64,000 nt of DNA from an uncultured Bacilli bacterium (GTDB taxonomy: Bacteria; Bacillota_I; Bacilli_A; RF39; UBA660): NCBI GenBank assembly GCA_944331935.1, contig CALVIV010000002.1:770-64769 (forward strand), given 5' to 3'. The notes below the pieces were generated by a model. The model ran no database searches and had not been told where the DNA came from. It saw only the letters and a program-made list of their open reading frames with translations. Shown here piece after piece: positions 44,272 to 51,500 of the stretch (the stretch's first letter is position 1; each line of letters begins with the position of its first letter). Made by a program: the position numbers and the translations under genes.

Positions 44272-44586
44272 CTACTTATCCTCCTTTACTAATTTTGCTA
44301 ATTCTTCTAGATCAACTACTCCACTTTTAAATAATTGCTCTATTCTTTGTAACTTATTTTCTCGTTTAGTTAAAAACTCATTTAATTTTTCTATCGAAGG
44401 GCTGTCTTCTAAAATCATCACTTCCGCATCAATTGCATCTGATATAATTGTTGCTATATCATAAGATAATCTCATAGCATATTTCTTTGACATTGATATT
44501 CTAGTCACCTCTGATTTTTTGCCTTCTTCTTCTGCTAATTCATATCCAGTCACAAATAAACTTCCTATTTTTAAAATACAAGTCAT
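44272..44586 (-). CDS. hypothetical early phage protein
   Basis: ORF track. Confidence 0.5.
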   Translation of the reverse strand: MTCILKIGSLFVTGYELAEEEGKKSEVTRISMSKKYAMRLSYDIATIISDAIDAEVMILEDSPSIEKLNEFLTKRENKLQRIEQLFKSGVVDLEELAKLVKEDK

Positions 44587-44600
44587 TTTTCTTCCTCCTT

Positions 44601-45428
44601 CTAAAACTTAATATTTCTTATTTTTAGTTCTTTTTCTTTATTAGTTAACTTTGTATATATTCTTGTTGTTTCTAATGAATTATGCCCTAATATGTCTGCT
44701 AGTCCAGCTATATCATTTGGATAAGTCTCTAAGTAACACTTTGCAAAATAATGTCTAAAAGCATGTGGATGCACTGCATTTTTGCTTATTCTTGCTCTTC
44801 CTGCCATTTTCTTTAATCTTCTCCAAATAGTGGAATTAGCATAAGCTTTACCAGTCTTAGGATTAAATATAATTAATCCCTTTTTAATTTTTCTATCTCT
44901 ACAATATTTTCTTATTTCTCTTAATAAATCTAATTTTACAGGTATTTCTCTTACTTTACCTTTCTTTTTTATTTTCATAGTTTTATCTAAATCTTCTATT
45001 TTAAAAAAAACTAACTCTGAGATACGAATACCTGTTTCTGCTAATATTCTTAAAATAATGTAATTATCATATTCTTCATACTTTCTAGCTGTTCTTAGTA
45101 GTCTATGATAATCTGTTTTACTCAAAGAATATTCAACTGAAAATTTAGTTTGTTGTTTTATTATTTTTACACATAAATTTTCATTGCCAATAAATTTAAA
45201 AAATTTATTAAGGACAACTAAATAGTTGTTAGTTGTATTAGGCATATATTCATCAACAACATCTAGTTTATTTTTAAATTCAATTACTGTTTCTTTATTT
45301 AATTCTTTATCTTTAGAAAATTCTATAAAAGCTCTTATGTTAGTTTTATATTTTTTTATTGTTTTATCAGCTTTCTCATCTTCTTTTAAACTTATAATAA
45401 ACTCTTCTAATTTAGTTTCTAAATTCAT
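44601..45428 (-). CDS. second tyrosine recombinase (XerC/XerD-like)
   Basis: Start at the ATG at 45428 after AAAGGAG. Catalytic region RISEL...HPHAFRHYFA...LGHNSLETTRIYTK. Confidence 0.8.
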   Translation of the reverse strand: MNLETKLEEFIISLKEDEKADKTIKKYKTNIRAFIEFSKDKELNKETVIEFKNKLDVVDEYMPNTTNNYLVVLNKFFKFIGNENLCVKIIKQQTKFSVEYSLSKTDYHRLLRTARKYEEYDNYIILRILAETGIRISELVFFKIEDLDKTMKIKKKGKVREIPVKLDLLREIRKYCRDRKIKKGLIIFNPKTGKAYANSTIWRRLKKMAGRARISKNAVHPHAFRHYFAKCYLETYPNDIAGLADILGHNSLETTRIYTKLTNKEKELKIRNIKF

Positions 45429-45576
45429 TATTATTCTCCTTTCAGTATAGCAATGCCAAACCCAGTAAGAACAAACTCGCATTACTATTACTACTAGCAA
45501 TAAAAGTTTTAAGGAGTTTTATGAAAGATAAATAACAGAAAGGGATGGTACTGTAGTCTTACTTTTTACGTATATT

Positions 45577-45825
45577 CTAATTGTTATATTTATCTAAAAT
45601 TGCTTTTTCAATAGCTTTTCTTAATTCAGATACTATCGGATGCACATAATCGTGATAAGCTTCATTCTTATCTTTATAACTTGGAAAAGCAATAAATAGT
45701 CTTTCTTTCCCTTCAATTAATCTAATATTATGAATTGCTAAACTATCATCCAAAATAATAGTTGCATATGCTTTAACAGCTCCGTTTTCTTCTACTTTCT
45801 TTAAATTTACATTTGTTACTTTCAT
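45577..45825 (-). CDS. SpoVG-family protein encoded by the prophage
   Basis: MKVTNVNLKKVEENGAVKAYATIILDDSLAIHNIRLIEGKERLFIAFPS...HPI aligns by eye along the length of B. subtilis SpoVG. Confidence 0.75.
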   Translation of the reverse strand: MKVTNVNLKKVEENGAVKAYATIILDDSLAIHNIRLIEGKERLFIAFPSYKDKNEAYHDYVHPIVSELRKAIEKAILDKYNN

Positions 45826-46337
45826 TATTTATTCTTCCTTTCTTCTCTTCTTAAATAATCTTTAACTTTCTTTTTACTTGATAATACTTTAGTTTTTTCA
45901 TTAAGCTGAATCACTGATGCTTGTAATTTGCTTTTCTCTTGATTAATTTTTTCTAAATCTTGTTTTAATTTAATGTTTTCATCAATTGAGTTTTTACAAT
46001 TTTTAACTAATTTATCTTTAGTTTCAGTTAATAATTTATTTTCATTTTCTAAAGCTTTTATTTTATTTTTTAACTTTTCGTTCTCTTTTGTTAAGCCTCC
46101 AACAGAACCGTTTGCTTTTCTTAAATTATCTTTAAGTTGTTTTACTTTATTTAATAATTTTAATTTTTCATTAGAAATAGTTTCAGATGCCTCTTGCATT
46201 GTTTCTTTTACTCTTCTTTCATTCATCAGCTCTTGTTGTTTTTTATCTAATCTTTTGCTTAAATCAAAGACTCTACGTTCATATGTCTCCAATTCATCCA
46301 TAATTGCTTCATACCTTTTTCTACTCAATAACTTCAT
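45825..46337 (-). CDS. coiled-coil phage protein
   Basis: Lys/Glu/Leu heptad-rich, 170 aa. Confidence 0.5.
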   Translation of the reverse strand: MKLLSRKRYEAIMDELETYERRVFDLSKRLDKKQQELMNERRVKETMQEASETISNEKLKLLNKVKQLKDNLRKANGSVGGLTKENEKLKNKIKALENENKLLTETKDKLVKNCKNSIDENIKLKQDLEKINQEKSKLQASVIQLNEKTKVLSSKKKVKDYLRREERKNK

Positions 46338-46600
46338 ATAATTTCAACCTCCTTATTATTTAGTTTTAAGAGCAAATTAGTTGCTAGTTCTTCCAATTGT
46401 TTATTCTTAAGTTTTTCTTTTTTTAATTCTTCATGTAATTTTATATTTTCTAAAGCAGTATCCGTATTTGAAAATACTAATTTAACTAATTCTATAGGTA
46501 ATCTTACAGAATTTTTAGTCATATAAACGTTATAAGTATTACCTGTTATTTCTTCTAACCTACTAACCCTTTTTTCTAATTCTTTCAATTCTTTTTCCAC
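46334..46600 (-). CDS. hypothetical phage protein
   Basis: ORF track. Confidence 0.5.
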   Translation of the reverse strand: MEKELKELEKRVSRLEEITGNTYNVYMTKNSVRLPIELVKLVFSNTDTALENIKLHEELKKEKLKNKQLEELATNLLLKLNNKEVEII

Positions 46601-46603
46601 TTC

Positions 46604-47866
46604 TTATTCCTTTCTCCAATTATTTGGTTCATTATAAATTTTATTGGTTCCTTTAACATCAAATCTTTGAGTTTGTTGATTATACTCAAGAGTTAGAATC
46701 CCAGTTTGACCATTTCTATTTTTACCAATTATTACCTCTATTTCTTCTACTTTCATTTCAATTCCTTTGTAATAATTTTCATTATGTAGCATTAAAACTG
46801 TTGTAGCAGATTGCTCTAATTCTCCAGTTTCTTTAAGATCACTAATTTTAGGTCTCTTATCTTTTGTGTTTTCAGAATTTCTATTAATCTGAGCGACTAG
46901 AAAGATAGTACAGTCATAATCTAATGATATTTGTCTTAATTCTTTAACAATAGCAGTTGTCTTCTCATATAGAGATTTAGTCTTATCGTTACTTCCTATT
47001 AATCCTACATAGTCAATAAAAGCCAATGTATGCCCTTGTTTACTTTCTTCAATAATTCTCTTTCTAATGCTAGAAATAGTTTGACTTCTACTAATGACCT
47101 TGATATTTTTATTAGCAATGGCTTTACTACCTTTAATCAACTGTTCTCTCTGATACTCAGTTGCAGGATTACCATGATAACTGATACGAATTTTGGTATT
47201 TATTCCTACTAATCGTTGATATACTTGCTTATCGCTCATTTCCATGTTGAATAAAATACAATTATATCTATCTGCTAAATCTTCCATTAAGTTCAAAACA
47301 AAACCTGTCTTACCTATACCCGGTCTAGCTGCAACCACAACTAGATCATGCTCTTGTATATTTGCATATTTAGATAACTTTTCAAATCTAAAATTAATCC
47401 CTTTATTTTTAGAATTTATTATCTTAAATACTTCTTCTCCAGTTAATTTATTAGCAGACGTTTTAATACTTAAAGCTTCATACTTATGAATAGATGTTAA
47501 TAGCTCTTCTTGTGATATTTGATTATTTTTAAACTTATCAATAGCACTTAAAATTAAATCGTTTACATATCTTTCAAATAGTAATTCCTGATAGTAATCA
47601 AACCTATTACCAAATGAATTTGTCATAATATTAACCATTTTTGTAATTATTACTTCTTGATTAAATCGTTGATCAAATAAATGCTTATATTTCTCTCCTA
47701 AAGCGATTAAATCTATGTTTCTGATATCTTGATATTGCTGTTTTAGAAGTTTAACTATAAAACGATTATCTTGGTTTTTAAAACAGTCATCTGGAATAAC
47801 TAATTTACCAATATTTTCAGGATGCAATATTAAGCAACCTATTACTTCATCTTCTAAATCTAGCAT
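46604..47866 (-). CDS. DnaB-like replicative helicase
   Basis: Walker A ARPGIGKTGF, Walker B AFIDYVGLI, and QINRNSE. Confidence 0.85.
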   Translation of the reverse strand: MLDLEDEVIGCLILHPENIGKLVIPDDCFKNQDNRFIVKLLKQQYQDIRNIDLIALGEKYKHLFDQRFNQEVIITKMVNIMTNSFGNRFDYYQELLFERYVNDLILSAIDKFKNNQISQEELLTSIHKYEALSIKTSANKLTGEEVFKIINSKNKGINFRFEKLSKYANIQEHDLVVVAARPGIGKTGFVLNLMEDLADRYNCILFNMEMSDKQVYQRLVGINTKIRISYHGNPATEYQREQLIKGSKAIANKNIKVISRSQTISSIRKRIIEESKQGHTLAFIDYVGLIGSNDKTKSLYEKTTAIVKELRQISLDYDCTIFLVAQINRNSENTKDKRPKISDLKETGELEQSATTVLMLHNENYYKGIEMKVEEIEVIIGKNRNGQTGILTLEYNQQTQRFDVKGTNKIYNEPNNWRKE

Positions 47867-48546
47867 TATTCTAGCCTCCGATAATGATATCCTTTATTAT
47901 CTTCACTTTGTTGTTCTTTACGTTTCTTTAAGTGCTTTTTAATAGAATTAACATCTTTTAAATTAGCTTTCTCCCACTCATAAAGAATTTTATCAGTATA
48001 TTTAACATTATAAACTTGATTAAGAACTGTTTCTTTAATAGCCAGTTTTATGATTTCAGGATTATATTCCCATGAATTAATAAATTCAACTTCAGATGAA
48101 GATAATGTTCTTCCAAATTCTTTTTCTGCAAATTCTAATACATTAACATTAACATTAACATTAGCATTTACATTTACATTATCATTTACATTTACATTAG
48201 GTTTTTTATTTTTTAACCTATGGTTTTTATTTTCAAAACCACTGGTTTTTTTATAGTTTTCTTCTTCTGAAACTATAGTTTCTTCATAGTTATTAGATAC
48301 GTTTTCATCATCCTTTTTAGATGGTCTTCCACCCTTTTTACCATCCTTTTTTCTCTTAGTATTAGCATCTAATTGAGGCTTAACTAGCTTGAACATTCTT
48401 GTTAATTCTTTAGATAATTCATTAGGTGGTTTACCATCTAATGAATAGTTAATAATCGCCTCATAGAAAGCTAATCTATCTTTATCATCCATATCTTCAA
48501 CCGAATCCCTGAAACTGTCATAAAAAACAAAACTATTTTGTACCAT
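47866..48546 (-). CDS. DnaD-like replisome organiser / replication initiator
   Basis: N-terminal FVFYDSFRDSVEDMD...AIINYSLDG. C-terminal DnaD-like LSSSEVEFINSW...YTDKILYEW. Internal (NV)n tract. Confidence 0.65.
   Translation of the reverse strand: MVQNSFVFYDSFRDSVEDMDDKDRLAFYEAIINYSLDGKPPNELSKELTRMFKLVKPQLDANTKRKKDGKKGGRPSKKDDENVSNNYEETIVSEEENYKKTSGFENKNHRLKNKKPNVNVNDNVNVNANVNVNVNVLEFAEKEFGRTLSSSEVEFINSWEYNPEIIKLAIKETVLNQVYNVKYTDKILYEWEKANLKDVNSIKKHLKKRKEQQSEDNKGYHYRRLE
48141..48200. repeat. ten tandem CATTWN hexamers inside the DnaD-like gene
   Basis: CATTAA x3, CATTAG, CATTTA x2, CATTAT, CATTTA x2, CATTAG. Encodes NVNVNDNVNVNANVNVNVNV. Confidence 0.9.
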
Positions 48547-48563
48547 AAGTCCTCCCTGCTCGA

Positions 48564-48821
48564 TTAATTTGCATTTATCTTACTTATCTTTTTTAAATAA
48601 GAAATATTTATACGATAGTAATCAACTACCCTTTCCATTGGAACTAAGTTACTAGGTAGTTCAAAACCTTCTTCTTTTATTTGCTTCCTCAGTTCATTAA
48701 AATCATTCCTTGCATATTCCATACATTTACCACTAATCTTTTGCATATCACTTCTTGTAGCCCATTGTTTATTTATTACTTCTAAAAGTTCAGAGGCATT
48801 AAGTTGTTTAAATTTAGACAT
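48564..48821 (-). CDS. small DNA-binding-like early protein
   Basis: Start at the ATG at 48821 after GAGGTGG. Confidence 0.5.
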   Translation of the reverse strand: MSKFKQLNASELLEVINKQWATRSDMQKISGKCMEYARNDFNELRKQIKEEGFELPSNLVPMERVVDYYRINISYLKKISKINAN

Positions 48822-48822
48822 A

Positions 48823-49023
48823 CTACTTACCACCTCTTAGCATATAGTTTCTAACTTCATAATAACTACAGATAGAACCTTTATCTTGATCACACATATT
48901 TGCATACTTAATAAAGTCATCACTTTTATTAAATAATAAATGAGTTAAAATAAAGACAATAGAAATTAAAACAATTACTACTATCAAAATCTTAACCCAC
49001 TTTCTTAATCTTAATTTTTTCAT
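48823..49023 (-). CDS. small single-TM protein
   Basis: Start moved to the internal ATG at 49023 (MKKLRLRKWVKILIVVIV...). The longer form has no SD and would cover a promoter and a repeat motif. Confidence 0.4.
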   Translation of the reverse strand: MKKLRLRKWVKILIVVIVLISIVFILTHLLFNKSDDFIKYANMCDQDKGSICSYYEVRNYMLRGGK

Positions 49024-49045
49024 AATATCAAATCCCTTCTTAGTC

Positions 49046-49074
49046 TTGACCGACTCTTTATATTTTTTTATATT
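49046..49074 (+). promoter_or_regulatory. plus-strand (anti-early) sigmaA-type promoter
   Basis: TTGACC (49046-49051), 17 nt, TATATT (49069-49074). Confidence 0.45.
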
Positions 49075-49080
49075 TGATTT

Positions 49081-49157
49081 CCTAATCATTTACTGATATA
49101 CTTTAGTTGCCCTTATGGGCGGAAAAAGAGGTGTTTCTAATGTTAGAAACATTTTTG
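49081..49157 (+). ncRNA. candidate ~75-nt antisense sRNA
   Basis: Predicted start about 7 nt after the -10 box. Hairpin GCCC-TTAT-GGGC, then GTTTCTAA/TTAGAAAC followed by T5. Confidence 0.3.
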
Positions 49158-49438
49158 TCCTTGCCCTGCCTAGATGCCTAACTATTAAGGATTACCATGT
49201 CCAATAATAGTTATAAGGGCTACCATACCTGTAGGTCTTAACAGCTATGGGGCAAGTTAAGTTCTAATAGAGAAAGATAACTCGTAAATGTTAAGTAATA
49301 GCAACTAGATGCTGGTAATGTCTGGGGTATCTATCAGAAGTGTGAGACCAATGATAAATACTGCTATTAATCTAGTATTAAACTCTTGAATAGCTAAGTA
49401 TTACCAGTGCTTTTCTATTCTCGTATTGCTTGAAATCA
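49158..49438. ncRNA. ORF-free, helix-rich region (candidate structured RNA or cis-regulatory leader; strand unresolved)
   Basis: Nested 7-8-bp long-range pairings: 49160-49167/49249-49256, 49180-49187/49205-49212, 49312-49319/49400-49407, 49363-49368/49389-49394. No ORF with an SD. Confidence 0.45.
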
Positions 49439-49648
49439 TTATTGCTGGCTGGCGATTTTGATTTCTTTTAATTTGTTTAAATCCAAATCAAATACTATTG
49501 CTATTTTTACTAATTCATCTGCTGTTAATTTTCTCTTATTGTTTAGAACTAAGCTTATCTTACTCTGACTTATACCTGTTTTTTTCTCTATCTCATACTG
49601 AGATATACTTTTATTTTCAAAATATTTTTTTAAATAATTAGTTATCAT
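49439..49648 (-). CDS. XRE-family HTH protein (early)
   Basis: ISQYEIEKKTGISQSKISLVLNNKRKLT. Confidence 0.75.
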   Translation of the reverse strand: MITNYLKKYFENKSISQYEIEKKTGISQSKISLVLNNKRKLTADELVKIAIVFDLDLNKLKEIKIASQQ

Positions 49649-49656
49649 TTGAACTC

Positions 49657-49776
49657 CTATTTATTCTCTTTTTCATATTCAAGAATAATTTTTAGTAACT
49701 CTACTTTATCTTTTCCAGTTAATACTTTCATCTTATCAATTAAATCTTTAATCAATACTTCTTTTAATTCTTCCAT
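49657..49776 (-). CDS. small 39-aa early ORF
   Basis: Own translation MEELKEVLIKDLIDKMKVLTGKDKVELLKIILEYEKENK. Strong SD AGGAGGAG. Confidence 0.45.
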   Translation of the reverse strand: MEELKEVLIKDLIDKMKVLTGKDKVELLKIILEYEKENK

Positions 49777-49812
49777 TTATAACTCCTCCTTTCTTCTCCT
49801 TGACCGACTTTT

Positions 49813-50046
49813 TTACTCCTTTATATGAGTATTCTCATATATTGATTTAAAAAAAATATATAAATCTGTATTATACGCATCTTTTAAGATTTTCTCTAAT
49901 GTACATACTTTAATTTTTATTTTATTGTTTTCGTATTCTGATAAGGTTTGAGCATATATACCAGTTTTTTCTTCAACTTCTTTCAAGCTCAAATTATTTC
50001 TACTTCTAATAGCTCTTAATTCATTACCTATGAAATTTGAATACAT
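49813..50046 (-). CDS. Cro-like XRE HTH protein
   Basis: Start at the ATG at 50046 after TAGGAGGG. Contains LSLKEVEEKTGIYAQTLSEYENN. Divergent from the cI-like gene. Confidence 0.75.
   Translation of the reverse strand: MYSNFIGNELRAIRSRNNLSLKEVEEKTGIYAQTLSEYENNKIKIKVCTLEKILKDAYNTDLYIFFKSIYENTHIKE
49822..49841. promoter_or_regulatory. distal operator copy
   Basis: TATATGAGTATTCTCATATA, a near-perfect palindrome with the same core as the two boxes at 50076-50122. Confidence 0.55.
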
Positions 50047-50071
50047 ATATTTTTCCCTCCTATCTAATTTC

Positions 50072-50158
50072 ATTTTATATGAGTATTCTCATAATGTCAA
50101 TAGCAAATATGAGTATTTTCATTTTTTTATTGTATTTTACATTAGTTTGGGTTATACT
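50072..50158. promoter_or_regulatory. lysis/lysogeny switch: divergent promoters with two operator boxes
   Basis: Leftward promoter TTGACA (50100-50095), 17 nt, TAAAAT (50077-50072), with operator TATATGAGTATTCTCATA (50076-50093) in the spacer. Second box ATATGAGTATTTTCAT (50107-50122). Rightward promoter TTGTAT (50130), 17 nt, TATACT (50153). Confidence 0.6.
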
Positions 50159-50181
50159 TTAATTAAGAAAAGGAGAAAAAT

Positions 50182-50823
50182 ATGAGTTATTTTAATAGTA
50201 ATCTTCCCTTCATAAGAAAGAAAAAAGGGATTTCTCAAACCGAGTTAGCTGAAAAAATAGGTGTAGATCAATCAACTATTTCTCTTTGGGAAAAAGGAAT
50301 GGATACTACAGTAGATAATGCAATTAAGGTTGCCGAAGTACTAAATGTATCTATACCAGAATTTTTAGGTAAAGATTTAAGATTTGACAATGCCAATATA
50401 ATAGACGTGAATTCTGACATAGTCAAAATACCTGTATATGGCACTATTAAAGCTGGAATACCTATAGAAAGCCAAACTGATATTATTGATTATGTAGATA
50501 TACCTAAAAGTTGGACTAAAGGTGATAAAAAGTTTTATGGTCTTAAAATTAGTGGAGATTCTATGTTTCCTAAGTATCAAGATAAAGATATAGTTATTTT
50601 TGAAAAAACTGATGATACTACATTATATAATGGCAAAGATTGTGCCGTTATGATAAATGGAACTGAATCAACATTTAAAAAAGTTTTAATTAACGACCAA
50701 GGAATTGTATTACAAGCCTATAATATGGCTTATGGAATTAAAATGTTTTCTAAAGAAGACGTTATAAATAAGCCTATTAAAATTGTAGGTATTGCTCGTG
50801 AAAAGAGGACTAAAATTGATTAG
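50182..50823 (+). CDS. cI/LexA-like repressor (HTH + S24 peptidase)
   Basis: GISQTELAEKIGVDQSTISLWEKG plus GDSMFP and a C-terminal beta domain. Confidence 0.85.
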   Translation: MSYFNSNLPFIRKKKGISQTELAEKIGVDQSTISLWEKGMDTTVDNAIKVAEVLNVSIPEFLGKDLRFDNANIIDVNSDIVKIPVYGTIKAGIPIESQTDIIDYVDIPKSWTKGDKKFYGLKISGDSMFPKYQDKDIVIFEKTDDTTLYNGKDCAVMINGTESTFKKVLINDQGIVLQAYNMAYGIKMFSKEDVINKPIKIVGIAREKRTKID

Positions 50824-50831
50824 GAGGAATT

Positions 50832-51338
50832 ATGAAAAATGATAATGTTGTTATTAATAAGAAGAAATTTATTATAATAGTTGCTATAAGTATAATTATA
50901 TTAGCATCTGTAATTACTACTTGTATTGTTTTACTTAACAATTCCAATAGTAAGATAGATAATTCAAGTTTGACAGATGAAGAAGTAATAGAATATCTAG
51001 AATCATTAGGATATAAATACGATAAAACAATGTATTCTACTCTTTTTAGAACAACTTATGTTTCAATAACAAGTGAAAGCCCAGATATTAGAATACAAAA
51101 AATAGAAGATAATTATACAGGAACTAGATATACATTTAAAAATGAGGCTTACAACGACTCACATGCTGATATTTTAAATATTGATGAGAATGATAGTGAA
51201 GAACAAATACAATATTCAGCTTATAAGAAATGGTTAAATGAAGTAAATTTAAGTGATGAACAAATTATTTCTTCAATTAAATTCTATGATGAAAATAATG
51301 AAGCTAATTTTATAGATACAAGCCAATATTTAGAATAA
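50832..51338 (+). CDS. membrane-anchored lysogeny-module protein (possible exclusion factor)
   Basis: N-terminal TM helix; co-oriented with the repressor and integrase. Confidence 0.5.
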   Translation: MKNDNVVINKKKFIIIVAISIIILASVITTCIVLLNNSNSKIDNSSLTDEEVIEYLESLGYKYDKTMYSTLFRTTYVSITSESPDIRIQKIEDNYTGTRYTFKNEAYNDSHADILNIDENDSEEQIQYSAYKKWLNEVNLSDEQIISSIKFYDENNEANFIDTSQYLE

Positions 51339-51341
51339 AAT

Positions 51342-51367
51342 AAAAAAGCCTCGTGCGGGAACACGAG
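51342..51367 (-). terminator. minus-strand intrinsic terminator
   Basis: Minus strand CTCGTG-TTCCCG-CACGAG followed by T6. Confidence 0.5.
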
Positions 51368-51500
51368 ACAGTGAAAAATCACAAAAAAGTCGGTCAAGAC
51401 TAAGAAACAAAATACCAATAGAATTGATATAATGCTTTTGGATTTTTCTATTACATTATATCAATTCTGATATTAAAAATCAATAGAAAGAGATGATATA

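Noticed and set aside
48141-48200. The hexamer array as a CRISPR-like or spacer-repeat structure.
   Set aside because: The units are 6 bp with no spacers and lie in frame within a coding region. No CRISPR array or cas gene exists anywhere in the window.
48823-49089. Long 88-aa form of the ORF bordering the structured region.
   Set aside because: There is no SD before the ATG at 49089. The N-terminal 22 codons overlap the dispersed GTCGGTCAAG motif and a plus-strand promoter. The internal ATG at 49023 starts directly at the TM helix.
49090-49438. Known ribozyme or riboswitch classes (hammerhead CUGAUGA...GAAA, T-box GGUGGUACC, c-di-GMP-like cores) in the ORF-free region.
   Set aside because: I found none of these signature strings on either strand by eye. 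The region therefore remains unclassified rather than assigned.
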